Shown here piece by piece: positions 51,539 to 61,715 of a stretch of 64,000 nt of DNA. The translations under genes and the position numbers were made by a program. The notes beneath the pieces were generated by a model, which saw only the letters and a list, made by a program, of their open reading frames with translations, searched no databases and had not been told where the DNA came from. Origin of the DNA: Candidatus Multivorans sp. (lineage in GTDB: Bacteria; Acidobacteriota; Thermoanaerobaculia; Multivoradales; Multivoraceae); contig OZ245033.1 of NCBI GenBank assembly GCA_965224025.1, positions 1,184,001 to 1,248,000 on the forward strand. Direction: 5' to 3'. Each line of letters starts with the position of its first letter. The first letter of the stretch is position 1.

Positions 51539-52072
51539 TTGCGCTTCCCCGGTCTGCGCCACGGAGCGCCCGTTCTGCTGGCGGCGTTGCTGGGGAGTCT
51601 GGCCGCCCCGGCCGCCTTCGCCTGCAACGCCGCCTCGGAGGACGACGCGCCGCGCCGGGCCGATGAGGCCGGCCTGAACGTCAGCGCCGGTGTCATCGAC
51701 TTCGGCAAGGACTACGAGACCGCCGAGGTCGGCATCGAGCACCGGTTCCGCACCGACTGGTGCCGGGGCCTCGGTCCCAACGTCGGCGCCTTCGTGACCG
51801 CGGACGGGTCGTTCTACGTTTATGCTGGCGCCGACCGGCGGATCGACCTCGGGCGCTCCTGGTTTCTCGAATCGACCGTCGCCATGGGTTTCTATGAGGC
51901 GGGGGACGGCAAGGACATCGGCGGCGCGCTCGAGTTCCGTTCGGGGATCGCGGTGGGACGCCGTCTGCGCAACGGCTCGCGAGTCGGTCTCGGTTTCTTC
52001 CATCTTTCCAACTCGTCCTACTATCGTCGCAACCCGGGTGTGAACTCCCTCCTTCTCCGTTGGTCGAGGTAG
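51539..52072 (+). CDS. PagL-like acyloxyacyl hydrolase (lipid A deacylase)
   Basis: Signal peptide, GGALEFRSG, FHLSN...NPGVN. Confidence 0.8.
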   Translation: MRFPGLRHGAPVLLAALLGSLAAPAAFACNAASEDDAPRRADEAGLNVSAGVIDFGKDYETAEVGIEHRFRTDWCRGLGPNVGAFVTADGSFYVYAGADRRIDLGRSWFLESTVAMGFYEAGDGKDIGGALEFRSGIAVGRRLRNGSRVGLGFFHLSNSSYYRRNPGVNSLLLRWSR

Positions 52073-52079
52073 TCCGTAA

Positions 52080-52367
52080 GTGTCTGTAGATCCCGAACTG
52101 CTCGAACTCCTGGTGTGCCCCAAGTCGAAGGGCGCGCTGACCGTGACGCTGCTGCCGGCGCCCGTGTGCGAGCGGCTCGTGGCCCGCTACCGGGAGCACT
52201 TCGCGGGTGAGGAGCCGGTGGTTTCCGAAGGGTTGTGGTGCCGGGAGTCCGGCCTCGTCTATCCGATCGTCAGCGATATTCCGATCATGCTGGTCGCGGA
52301 GGCGTTGCCGGCGGCGGAAGCTCTGCCTGAGGCGGTTGGGGAGAGCGAGCGGGCGAACGACTCGTGA
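52080..52367 (+). CDS. Trm112-family protein
   Basis: LLELLVCPKSKG..L, YPIVSDIPIML. Confidence 0.8.
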   Translation: MSVDPELLELLVCPKSKGALTVTLLPAPVCERLVARYREHFAGEEPVVSEGLWCRESGLVYPIVSDIPIMLVAEALPAAEALPEAVGESERANDS

Positions 52368-53335
52368 GCAACCGGTGGGAGCCATCGGCCTCATCATCGC
52401 GGCGTTGCTCGCCGCCGCGATCTCTTCGCTTCGCGTCCTTCCTCTCGACGCTGCGGCCGCAGGTCGACGACACGCTGGACCGGCTCCTTCCGGCCGAGCG
52501 GACGGCGTCCGCCGCCATTTGCGAGGCGATGCGGTACAGCGTGTTCGCGGGCGGCAAGCGTGTGCGGCCTGCCCTGGTCGTGCTTGCCGGCGAGGCGTGC
52601 GGCGCCCCGCGGCGCGACCTGCTGGCGGGCGGCGCCGCGGTCGAGATGGTCCACACCTTCAGCCTGGTTCACGACGATCTCCCGGCGCTCGACGACGACG
52701 ACCTCCGGCGCGGTCGACCGACCCTGCACAAGGTGCGGGGCGAGGCGATGGCGGTGCTGGCCGGCGACGCACTGCTGAACCACGCCTTCGAAGTCCTGGC
52801 CCGAGAGCCGGCGTCGGCGTCGCCGGAGCGGCGGCTGCGGGCGGTGCGCTTGATGGCCGGCGCCGTGGGCACGATGGGGATGATCGGGGGCCAGGTCCTC
52901 GATCTGCGGCATGAAGGGGCCGCTACCCCGAACGGCGGCGCCGGGCGGGAACGCGCCGCGCGGATTCTCGAGCGGATTCATCGCCTGAAGACGGGCGCCC
53001 TGATCGAAGCGAGCACCCGGCTCGGCGGCGTCTACGCCGGCGCCGTAGACGAGCGCTCGGAGCTGCTCGGCGGGATCGGCGCCGAACTCGGGCTGCTGTT
53101 CCAGATCGCTGACGACATCCTCGATGAGGTGGGCAGTTCCGAGCAGTTGGGCAAGACGGCCGGCAAGGACCGGCAGGCCGCGAAGCTGACCTATCCGCAC
53201 CTGTTCGGCCTGGACGGCAGCCGCGAGAAGGCGCGGCAGGCCGCCGACCGGTGTCTGGCCCTGGTGGAAAAACTGCCGGCGCGGCGGCAGCTCTTCAGGT
53301 CCCTGGTCGCGTTTCTGGTTCACCGGGGCTGGTGA
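52364..53335 (+). CDS. ispA: Polyprenyl (farnesyl) diphosphate synthase
   Basis: GGKRVRP, HDDLPALDDDDLRRG, FQIADDILD. Confidence 0.93.
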   Translation: MSNRWEPSASSSRRCSPPRSLRFASFLSTLRPQVDDTLDRLLPAERTASAAICEAMRYSVFAGGKRVRPALVVLAGEACGAPRRDLLAGGAAVEMVHTFSLVHDDLPALDDDDLRRGRPTLHKVRGEAMAVLAGDALLNHAFEVLAREPASASPERRLRAVRLMAGAVGTMGMIGGQVLDLRHEGAATPNGGAGRERAARILERIHRLKTGALIEASTRLGGVYAGAVDERSELLGGIGAELGLLFQIADDILDEVGSSEQLGKTAGKDRQAAKLTYPHLFGLDGSREKARQAADRCLALVEKLPARRQLFRSLVAFLVHRGW

Positions 53336-54066
53336 GGATCCGTCTCGATCAACTGCTGGTGGAGCGCGGGCTGTTCGGCAGCCGGGAACAGTCGAAGCGG
53401 GCGGTGATGGCGGGCGAGGTCTGGGTGGACGGCGAGCGCCGCGACAAGCCGGGGGCCGCGGTCAAGGACGACGCCGCGATCGAGCTGCGGGGCCGGTCGG
53501 AGCCATACGTGTCTCGCGGGGGTCGCAAGCTCGAGCAGGCGCTGCGCTGCTTCGAGGTCGATCCCGAGGGCGCCGTGTGCCTCGATGTCGGCGCCTCGAC
53601 CGGGGGGTTCACGGACTGTCTTCTGCAGCATGGAGCGGCCCGGGTGTACGCGGTGGACGTGGGCTACGGCCAGCTCGACGCGCGGCTGCGCGGCGACCCC
53701 AGGGTGGTCGTGATGGAGCGGATCAACGCGCGGCATCTGGCGGCCGACGCCCTGCCGGAGCGATGCTGGATCGCGACCATGGACGTCTCCTTCATCTCGG
53801 TGGTCAAGGTCGCGCCGGCGCTGCTGCCGCACTTGGCGGCCGGAGCCGATCTGATCGTGCTGATCAAGCCGCAGTTCGAAGCCGGCCGCGGTCAGGTCGG
53901 CAGGGGCGGGGTGGTGCGCGACGATGCGCTGCGCCGTCGGATCGCCGAGCAGCGCACCTCCGAACTGGGCGCCCTCGGGCTCCGGTTCACAGCCTCGGTA
54001 GACTGCGATCTTCGGGGACCGGCAGGCAATCGCGAGATCCTCGCGCACTTCAGGACACAGTCCTAG
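53332..54066 (+). CDS. tlyA: TlyA-family RNA methyltransferase
   Basis: S4 domain, YVSRGGRKL, DVGASTGGFTD, LIKPQFE. Confidence 0.94.
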   Translation: MRIRLDQLLVERGLFGSREQSKRAVMAGEVWVDGERRDKPGAAVKDDAAIELRGRSEPYVSRGGRKLEQALRCFEVDPEGAVCLDVGASTGGFTDCLLQHGAARVYAVDVGYGQLDARLRGDPRVVVMERINARHLAADALPERCWIATMDVSFISVVKVAPALLPHLAAGADLIVLIKPQFEAGRGQVGRGGVVRDDALRRRIAEQRTSELGALGLRFTASVDCDLRGPAGNREILAHFRTQS

Positions 54067-54078
54067 CGCACTTCAGAA

Positions 54079-54882
54079 ATGACCAACATCGACCAGGTCG
54101 CGGTCGTTGCCAAGCGGGACAGCGAGCGAGCGGCCGCGACCGCTGCCGAGGTCAAGCGTTGGCTCGAGGACTGCGGCGTCTCGGTCGTCGACGCCGATTC
54201 GAATCAGGTCGGCCTGATCCTGGTCCTGGGCGGTGACGGCACTCTCTTGTCTGTGGCTCGGAGTCGTCCCGGCGTGCCGATCGTGGGGGTCAACCTCGGC
54301 ACCCTGGGCTATCTCGCGGAGATCGGACGCGAGGGCCTGTACGCGAACCTGGGGGCGATTCTCGAGGGCCGGTTCGAGGTCGAGGAGCGGCTGCTGCTCG
54401 ATGTGGAGCTCCGGCGCGAGGCGGGCGGCGTGAGCCGGTACCGGGCGCTGAACGACGCCGTGGTCCACAAGAGCGCCCTGGCGCGGATGATCCACCTGGA
54501 GGTCGAGATCGACGGCGAGCCGGTCGCCTTCTACCGGGCGGACGGCCTGATCGTCTCGACGCCGACCGGATCGACCGCGTACAGCCTCTCGGCCGGCGGT
54601 CCGATCCTCTACCCGACGTTGCCGGTGTCGCTGCTGACGCCGATTTCGCCGCACACCCTGTCCATGCGGCCGATCGTGGTGCCGGAGACCAGCACCATCG
54701 CGATGACGCTCGGCAGCCGGGACGAGGAGGTCTTTCTCACCCTGGACGGTCAGGAGGGGGCCCGGTTGGGGGGTGGCGACCGGGTGGTCGTGACCGCTTC
54801 GGAGTCGAGGGCGCTGCTCGCGCGTGCCTGTGGCCAGACCCACTACGACGCGCTGCGAAGCAAGCTGGGCTGGGGCGAGTAG
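54079..54882 (+). CDS. nadK: NAD kinase
   Basis: LGGDGT, DGLIVSTPTGSTAYSLSAGGP. Confidence 0.94.
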   Translation: MTNIDQVAVVAKRDSERAAATAAEVKRWLEDCGVSVVDADSNQVGLILVLGGDGTLLSVARSRPGVPIVGVNLGTLGYLAEIGREGLYANLGAILEGRFEVEERLLLDVELRREAGGVSRYRALNDAVVHKSALARMIHLEVEIDGEPVAFYRADGLIVSTPTGSTAYSLSAGGPILYPTLPVSLLTPISPHTLSMRPIVVPETSTIAMTLGSRDEEVFLTLDGQEGARLGGGDRVVVTASESRALLARACGQTHYDALRSKLGWGE

Positions 54883-54901
54883 GCGCTGCTACGATCGCGC
54901 C

Positions 54902-56128
54902 ATGTCGAAACCAGACCGCGACACGACCGTCTTCACGCCGATCGAAGAGGCCGTCGCCATCTTCCGCGACGGCGGCCAGGTGATCATCGTCGACGACGAG
55001 GATCGCGAGAACGAGGGCGACCTGGCGATCGCCGCCGACAGGGTGACGCCCGACGCGATCAACTTCATGGCCACCCACGGACGCGGCCTGATCTGCCTCG
55101 CGATGACCGAGGACCGCTGCGACGAGCTCGACCTGCCGCTGATGGTGCGGGACAACACGTCGCCCTTCGAGACCGCGTTCACCGTCTCGATCGAAGCCCG
55201 GGGCAAGGTGACGACTGGGATCTCGGCGGCGGACCGCGCGGCGACGATCGAGACCGCGATCGATCCGGCGACCGGCCCCCGGGATCTGCTGCGGCCCGGT
55301 CACGTCTTCCCGCTACGGGCCAAGCGCGGCGGCGTCCTCAAGCGTGCCGGTCAGACGGAGGCGTCGGTGGATCTGGCGACCCTGGCGGGGCTGAAGCCGG
55401 CCGGCGTGATCTGCGAGATCATGAACGACGACGGCACCATGGCGCGGGTGCCCGATCTGGTCAAGTACAGCCGGATCCACAACCTGCCGATGATCACGGT
55501 TTCGGACCTCATCCGCTATCGACTGAGCAACGAGAGCCTGGTCGAACTCATCGCCTCGCCGACGTTGCCCACCCCGTACGGCGACATGAAGGCCTACGCC
55601 TACCGGGCCGAGTTGACGGGCGAAGAGCACGTGTGCCTGGTGATGGGCAAGCCGACGCCGGACGAGGACATTCTAGTGCGGGTACACAGCCAGTGCCTGA
55701 CCGGAGACGTGTTCCACTCCGAGCGCTGCGACTGCGGCATCCAGCTCTACCAGGCCCTATCCAAGATCGCCGCCGAGGGAACGGGCGTGCTGCTCTACCT
55801 GCTGCAGGAGGGCCGGGGCATCGGCCTGTTCAACAAGCTGCGCGCGTACGAGCTGCAGGAACAGGGGCACGACACCGTCGAGGCGAACCACAAGCTGGGG
55901 TTCAGGGCCGACCAGCGCAACTACGGCATCGGCGCCCAGATCCTGCGTGACCTCGGCGTTCGACGGATGCGGCTGATGACGAACAACCCGCACAAGTACA
56001 TCGCGCTCTCCGGCTACGGCCTGGAGATCGTGGATCGGGTGGCGATCGAGGTGGAGCCGAACGAGTCGAATCGCGAGTACCTCCGGGCCAAGCGCGAGAA
56101 GATGGGCCACCTGCTGCAGTTGGTATGA
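54902..56128 (+). CDS. ribBA: Bifunctional DHBP synthase / GTP cyclohydrolase II
   Basis: [38 protein letters not shown]. Confidence 0.96.
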   Translation: MSKPDRDTTVFTPIEEAVAIFRDGGQVIIVDDEDRENEGDLAIAADRVTPDAINFMATHGRGLICLAMTEDRCDELDLPLMVRDNTSPFETAFTVSIEARGKVTTGISAADRAATIETAIDPATGPRDLLRPGHVFPLRAKRGGVLKRAGQTEASVDLATLAGLKPAGVICEIMNDDGTMARVPDLVKYSRIHNLPMITVSDLIRYRLSNESLVELIASPTLPTPYGDMKAYAYRAELTGEEHVCLVMGKPTPDEDILVRVHSQCLTGDVFHSERCDCGIQLYQALSKIAAEGTGVLLYLLQEGRGIGLFNKLRAYELQEQGHDTVEANHKLGFRADQRNYGIGAQILRDLGVRRMRLMTNNPHKYIALSGYGLEIVDRVAIEVEPNESNREYLRAKREKMGHLLQLV

Positions 56129-57183
56129 GCGCCGGCAGCTCCAGGCCTCGGGCGCTGGTCACGGGCGTGACCGGCCAGGACGGCTCCTACCTCGCCGAGC
56201 AGTTGCTCGACGAAGATTGGGACGTCTGGGGTTTGGCGCGGCCGGCGTCCCAGTCGGGCAACACGCGCTTGATCGACCACCTGCTGGAAAGGGGCGGCGA
56301 CTCGGGGCTCCGGCTGCGCCTGATCGCCGGCGACCTCGCCGATGCGTCCTCGCTCGACCACGCCGTGGCGACGGTGGCGCCCGACGAGATCTACAACCTC
56401 GGTGCGCAGTCCCATGTCCAGGTCTCCTTCGAGCTGCCGGCGGCGACCGGTCAGGTCACCGGTCTTGGCGTGTTGCGGCTGTTGGAGGCCATGCGCCGGC
56501 ACTGCCCGCGGGCGCGCTTCTACCAGGCCTCGTCCTCCGAGCTCTACGGGCGTGCCGTGGAGTCGCCGCAGAACGAAACGACCCGGTTCTATCCGCGCAG
56601 CCCGTACGGCGCGGCGAAGGCCTACGGCTTCCACATCACCCGCAACTACCGCGAGGCCTACGGCCTGTTCGCGGTCAATGGAATCCTGTTCAACCACGAG
56701 TCGCCGCGCCGGGGCGAGACCTTCGTCACCCGCAAGATCGCGCTGGCCGCGGCCCGGATCCGGGCGAGCCTGCAGGAGCGTCTCTACCTTGGCAATCTGT
56801 CCTCACGGCGCGACTGGGGGTTTGCCGGCGACTACGTGGAGGCGATGCGGTTGATGCTGCGTGCGGAGCAGCCGGACGACTACGTGATCGCCACCGGCGA
56901 TACGCACAGCGTGCGCGAGTTCTGCGAGATCGCCTTCGCCCACGCGGGGCTGCCTCTGACCTGGCGCGGTTCGGGCGCCTGTGAGCAGGGCGTGGCCAGG
57001 GACGGGCGGGTGCTGGTCGCGGTCGACCCCCGGTACTTCCGCAAGGCCGAAGTCGACGCGCTCTGCGGCGATGCGAGCCTGGCGCGGGAGCGCCTGGGAT
57101 GGAGTCCCAAGGTGACCTTCCGGCGGCTCGTCGAGATGATGGTCGACGCCGAACTCAAGGCGGCCGGTCTGACGGTCGCATGA
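56125..57183 (+). CDS. gmd: GDP-mannose 4,6-dehydratase
   Basis: [35 protein letters not shown]. Confidence 0.95.
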   Translation: MSAGSSRPRALVTGVTGQDGSYLAEQLLDEDWDVWGLARPASQSGNTRLIDHLLERGGDSGLRLRLIAGDLADASSLDHAVATVAPDEIYNLGAQSHVQVSFELPAATGQVTGLGVLRLLEAMRRHCPRARFYQASSSELYGRAVESPQNETTRFYPRSPYGAAKAYGFHITRNYREAYGLFAVNGILFNHESPRRGETFVTRKIALAAARIRASLQERLYLGNLSSRRDWGFAGDYVEAMRLMLRAEQPDDYVIATGDTHSVREFCEIAFAHAGLPLTWRGSGACEQGVARDGRVLVAVDPRYFRKAEVDALCGDASLARERLGWSPKVTFRRLVEMMVDAELKAAGLTVA

Positions 57184-57560
57184 AGTTGACACGCCGCGCG
57201 GCGTTCACCGGGCGATTCGAGGCGATGCTCTCCACCGTCGACGCGCTTGTCTGTCCGTCCAACGTCACCGCGTTTCTCATGACGGACGCGATGGGATACG
57301 ACACGGTCGCGGCGTTCGGGCAGGCAGTGGCGGAGGTCGCCGAGAACTTCGATCCGCCACTTGGCAGCATGCAGCTCTTCACCGCGCCCGCCGACTTCGC
57401 CGGCACGCCGACCATCTCCGTGCCGTGCGGCTTCTCGGGGGCGGGAGCGCCGCACAGCCTGCGACTCGTTGGCCGCGATCTGAGCGAAGGGGCGCTCTGC
57501 CGTCTCGCCTACGCTTGCGAGCAGGCCACCGACTGGCACCTGCGCCATCCCGAGGTCTGA
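57180..57560 (+). pseudogene. Amidase C-terminal fragment
   Basis: FTAPADFAGTPTISVPCGF...EQATDWHLRHP; catalytic amidase signature absent. Confidence 0.7.
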
Positions 57561-57568
57561 GCCCGCGG

Positions 57569-59119
57569 CTACGGCATGTAGGGCGTCGGACCGGGTCCGA
57601 GCTGCGTCTCCAGAACCCCCTGGGCGGTGTCGATGAAGTCGCAGACCATCGGCCGGCTCTCGCGGGGGTCGATGATCTCTTCGATGTTGAAGGCCTCGGC
57701 GGTGCGGAATGGCGACGCCAGGGCCTCGAGGCGGTCCTCGATCTCCTTCTGCTTGGCCGCGGGGTCGTCGGACTCCCGGATGATGCGCCGGTAGGCGGCG
57801 GTCACGCCGCCGGAGATGTGCATGGACCCCCAGTGGCCGGAAGGCCAGACCACGCGCCGGAACATGCCGCTCGGGCGGTCGTGGCACTGGCCGGCGACGC
57901 CGTAGAGCTGCCGGATGACGATGGTGAGCCACGGCATGCGGGTTCGAAGCGTCGCGCAGAGCATCTTGGCGCCGGCGCGGACGATCCCCTGGCGCTGCTG
58001 CTCGGGGCCGACCATGAAGCCGGGCTCGTCGGCGAAGTAGACCATCGGCAGGTGGAACGTGTCGCAGAGTTGCAGGAAGCGGATCACCTTGGTGCCGGCC
58101 GCGACGTTCATGGAGCCGCCGAGGTAGCTCGGGTTGTTAATCATCGTGCCGACCGGATAGCCGTTGACGCGGGCGAGCCCGACGATGCGGGAGCGTCCGT
58201 AGTGCGGCGTGATCTCGAAGAAGGAGTCGCGGTCGAGCACCGCGTCGAGGATCGCTCTCGGGTCGTAGGCCTTGTTCTTTTCGCGGGGAATGGCGGACAG
58301 GAGCGACGGCTCGCGCCGACCCGGGTCGTCGCCCGTGTCGCCGCGGGGTGGCATCTGCCAGACGCTGTCGGGCAGGTAGCTCAGGAACTGCTTGAGCTGT
58401 GCCGCGGCCTCTTCCTCGGAGTCGGCGAGATTGTCGATGACGCCGCTGCCGAACACCTGTGTGCGCTCGTCGCCGAGATCTTCCTTCGTGATGTCGATGC
58501 CGAGCGCGGCCTTGACGACCGGAGGACCGCCCGGGAACACTTGGCTCGTGCCCCTGACCATCACGTTGAAGTGGGCGAGGCACGCCTCCACCGCCGGCAA
58601 CCCGGCCACCGAGCCGAGCACGGCGGCGACGACCGGCACCCTGCAGAGCAGGTCCTCGATGCCCGGCGTAGCGGGGTTGGTCGGGATGTAGGTGCGTCCG
58701 ATCTTCTCGAAGGTCTTGACGCTGCCGCCGGTGGAGTCGAGGAGTCGCACGTAGGGCAGACGCCAACCGAGCGCCAGCTTCTGGGCGTGACCGCTCTTGT
58801 CGCCAACCGACGCGTCGGAGGCGCCGCCGCGCACGGTGAAGTCGCCGCCGTTCAGAACCGTCTTGCGGCCAGCCAGGCGGGCGAGCCCGATGACCCGGTT
58901 CGAGGGCCGCACGTCCTGGAGCTCGTTGCCTTCGTAGGTGGCCACTCCGGCGAGCTCTCCGATCTCCTGGAACGAGCCCTCGTCGGTGAACAGTGCGAGC
59001 CGCTCGCGGATCGTCAGCTTGCCCCGACGGTGCTGCTCCGCGATGCCGGCCTCGCCGCCCATCTTCTGGGCGAATTCCCGGCGCCGCCTCAGCTCCTCGA
59101 TCTCTCGCTCCCACACCAT
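57569..59119 (-). CDS. Acyl-CoA carboxylase carboxyltransferase subunit
   Basis: GKLTIRER, DFTVRGG, DEPGFMVG. Confidence 0.9.
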   Translation of the reverse strand: MVWEREIEELRRRREFAQKMGGEAGIAEQHRRGKLTIRERLALFTDEGSFQEIGELAGVATYEGNELQDVRPSNRVIGLARLAGRKTVLNGGDFTVRGGASDASVGDKSGHAQKLALGWRLPYVRLLDSTGGSVKTFEKIGRTYIPTNPATPGIEDLLCRVPVVAAVLGSVAGLPAVEACLAHFNVMVRGTSQVFPGGPPVVKAALGIDITKEDLGDERTQVFGSGVIDNLADSEEEAAAQLKQFLSYLPDSVWQMPPRGDTGDDPGRREPSLLSAIPREKNKAYDPRAILDAVLDRDSFFEITPHYGRSRIVGLARVNGYPVGTMINNPSYLGGSMNVAAGTKVIRFLQLCDTFHLPMVYFADEPGFMVGPEQQRQGIVRAGAKMLCATLRTRMPWLTIVIRQLYGVAGQCHDRPSGMFRRVVWPSGHWGSMHISGGVTAAYRRIIRESDDPAAKQKEIEDRLEALASPFRTAEAFNIEEIIDPRESRPMVCDFIDTAQGVLETQLGPGPTPYMP

Positions 59120-59207
59120 GCTTCCTCCCCGGACGCCGATGCTACTTGCCTGCTAGCGCCGCCAGACCCGTCGCAGGCTCCGTGTTTGGCCCCAGCCCCC
59201 ACCTCCA

Positions 59208-59264
59208 CTAGCAGGCCGCGCGACGAAACGCGCTCCGCGTCGTTTCTGCGGCGCGGCCTGCTAG
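59208..59264. repeat. CTAG-bounded inverted repeat
   Basis: CTAGCAGGCCGCGC ... GCGCGGCCTGCTAG perfect 14-bp arms. Confidence 0.7.
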
Positions 59265-59319
59265 AGTGCCGCCCCGGCCGGCGCTGCTGGGCCGCACTAC
59301 GACGACGTCGACGGAGCAG

Positions 59320-61044
59320 ATGATGACCGAGCCGCAACTGGCGCGGCGCAGCGGCACGCCGCGGCCTCTGATCGCCGCACCGGAACGCCTGAACGAACTG
59401 CGCGAGGGCTCGCGCGAGTGGCCTTCGTGGACGCTGACGCCGCGCCAGATCTACGATCTGGAGCTGCTTCTGTGCGGTGGCTTCGCGCCGCTCGACGGGT
59501 TCATGGACCGGGCCGCGTTCGACAGCGTGTGCGAGACGATGCGCCTGCCCTCGGGAGCGCTCTGGCCGATCCCGATCACGCTGGACGTCACGCCGGAAGC
59601 TGCCGCCGGGTTGGAGGCGGGGTCCCGTCTGGTCCTTCGCGACCTGGAAGGCCTGATGCTCGCCGTGCTCACGGTGGATGACGTCTGGCAGCACGACCGG
59701 CGCAAGGAAGCGGAGTTCGTCTACGGCACGCTCGACCAGGCCCACCCCGGTGTCGCTCATCTCTACCAGCGGACGAACACCGTGTCCGTCGGTGGCCGGG
59801 TCGAGGGCGTGACGCTGCCGCGGCACTACGACTTTCCCGGACTGCGGAAGACGCCCGCGCAGTTGAGGCGACGCTTCGCGCAGCTTGGCTGGAAGACGGC
59901 GGTGGCTTTCCAGACCCGCAACCCCATGCATCGGGCACACTTCGAGCTGACGCTGCGGGCGGCGCGCGAGCTGGAGGCGAACCTGCTGATTCACCCGGTC
60001 GTCGGCATGACGAAGCCGGGCGACCTGGATCACTACACGCGGGTCCGCTGCTACCGCAAGGTCCTCGCTCACTATCCGCGCCACACCGCGGAGCTGGCGC
60101 TGCTCCCTCTCGCCATGCGCATGGCGGGACCGCGCGAGGCGCTCTGGCACGCCCTGATCCGCAGGAACTACGGGTGCACGCACCTGATCGTCGGCCGCGA
60201 CCACGCGGGCCCGGGAGTCGACTCACAGGGTCGGCCGTTCTACGGCCCGTACGACGCGCAGGAGCTGATGGTCGAGCACGAAGCCGAGCTCGGCGTAAAG
60301 ATGGTCCCCTTCCGGATGATGGTCTACGTCGAGGATCGCGACTCCTACGAGCCGATCGACGCCGTCAAGGAAGGCGAGCGGACGCTCTCGATATCGGGCA
60401 GCGATCTCCGCCGCCGGCTGCGCCGGGGCCTTCCGATCCCGGAGTGGTTCACGTTCCCGGAAGTGGCCCGCGAGTTGCGCCGTGGCCATCCGGCGCGCAG
60501 CAACCAGGGGTTCACGGTGTTCTTCACCGGCCTGTCGGGCGCCGGCAAGTCGACGATCGCGAACGTTCTCCTGGTCAAGTTTCTGGAAGCCGGCGGACGT
60601 CCCGTGACCCTGCTCGACGGCGACATCGTGCGTACCAACCTGTCGTCGGAACTCGGGTTCTCCCGGGAGCATCGCGACATCAACATCCGGCGGATCGGGT
60701 TCGTCGCCTCGGAGATCACGAAGAACGGCGGTGTCGCCATCTGCGCCCCGATCGCTCCCTACGAGAGCGTCCGCCAGGACGTGCGGGAGATGATCGAGGA
60801 GGTCGGCGGCTACATCCTGGTTCACGTGGCGACGCCGCTCGACGTGTGCGAGGAACGCGACGTCAAGGGTCTCTACGCCCAGGCCAGGGCCGGACTGATC
60901 GACGCCTTCACCGGCATCTCGGATCCCTATGAGGCGCCGGAAGGCCCGGACCTGGTCATCGACACCACGGACATCACTGCCGAGGAGGCCGCGCAGCAGG
61001 TCATCCTCCACCTGGAGAAGGAGGGGTTCGTCGGACCGCGTTGA
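59320..61044 (+). CDS. Bifunctional sulfate adenylyltransferase / adenylylsulfate kinase (sat-cysC)
   Basis: FQTRNPMHRAH, GRDHAG, FTGLSGAGKST, FTGISDPYE. Confidence 0.95.
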   Translation: MMTEPQLARRSGTPRPLIAAPERLNELREGSREWPSWTLTPRQIYDLELLLCGGFAPLDGFMDRAAFDSVCETMRLPSGALWPIPITLDVTPEAAAGLEAGSRLVLRDLEGLMLAVLTVDDVWQHDRRKEAEFVYGTLDQAHPGVAHLYQRTNTVSVGGRVEGVTLPRHYDFPGLRKTPAQLRRRFAQLGWKTAVAFQTRNPMHRAHFELTLRAARELEANLLIHPVVGMTKPGDLDHYTRVRCYRKVLAHYPRHTAELALLPLAMRMAGPREALWHALIRRNYGCTHLIVGRDHAGPGVDSQGRPFYGPYDAQELMVEHEAELGVKMVPFRMMVYVEDRDSYEPIDAVKEGERTLSISGSDLRRRLRRGLPIPEWFTFPEVARELRRGHPARSNQGFTVFFTGLSGAGKSTIANVLLVKFLEAGGRPVTLLDGDIVRTNLSSELGFSREHRDINIRRIGFVASEITKNGGVAICAPIAPYESVRQDVREMIEEVGGYILVHVATPLDVCEERDVKGLYAQARAGLIDAFTGISDPYEAPEGPDLVIDTTDITAEEAAQQVILHLEKEGFVGPR

Positions 61045-61087
61045 CTGCTCCCCGCGGCGCTTCGCGCTCAAGTGGCGACTGCTCTCT

Positions 61088-61498
61088 GTGGGTGTCGCCG
61101 CGGTTGTCGCGTTGTTTCTGCTCCTGCCCGCGGAGACGCTGGCTGGGACGTTCGAGCGCGGTGTGCGGTGGCTGGCGGGTCTGCTCGGCGGCGATACCCG
61201 CCGGATCGCGGCCGAGCTGCCGTGGGACCACATCGTCCATGGCCTGCTGTTCGCCGTGCTGGCCTGGGTCTGGTGCCGGCCTTTCGCGCGTGCGGGCCGG
61301 ATCAGAGATCTGCTGCTGGCGGCTGCCGCGGCGGTCGTCTACGGCGCTGCGATCGAGGTGTTCCAGACGCTCCTCGGCTACCGGTCGGGCGAGTGGATGG
61401 ACCTGGTCGCGGACGCCGTCGGCGTTGCGCTCGGCGCTCTGTTTGCCGCTCGGCTCCTCCCCCGGCGGCGTCGCTTCGTCGCGGCCCGATCGGGTTGA
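61088..61498 (+). CDS. VanZ-family membrane protein
   Basis: DHIVHGLLF, IEVFQ...RSGEWMDLVADAVG; start uncertain. Confidence 0.75.
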   Translation: MGVAAVVALFLLLPAETLAGTFERGVRWLAGLLGGDTRRIAAELPWDHIVHGLLFAVLAWVWCRPFARAGRIRDLLLAAAAAVVYGAAIEVFQTLLGYRSGEWMDLVADAVGVALGALFAARLLPRRRRFVAARSG

Positions 61499-61578
61499 AG
61501 GGTGTTGCCGTAGAGAATGTCGTCAGGCCGGCGACGCCATGGTTGCAGTAGAGAGCCCCGCAAGGCCGGCGGCCGTGC

Positions 61579-61636
61579 TCTGGGTGCGCGGGCCTTCCGG
61601 CCCGCATCAGGCACGATGCCGCGCAGCGGCGAGCGC
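61579..61636 (+). repeat. REP-like element
   Basis: TCTGGGTGCGCGGGCC-TTCC-GGCCCGCATC...GCCGCGCAGCGGC. Confidence 0.7.
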
Positions 61637-61715
61637 GAGCCGCGAAGTCTCTTGGCCGGTGCTAGCGTCACCAGCCGGCTGACGACTCAGCCGGGGCAAG
61701 TGTGGAGTGGATACC

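Noticed and set aside
61499-61715. SAM or cobalamin riboswitch upstream of metH
   Set aside because: No recognisable aptamer consensus; the hairpins belong to the REP-like family
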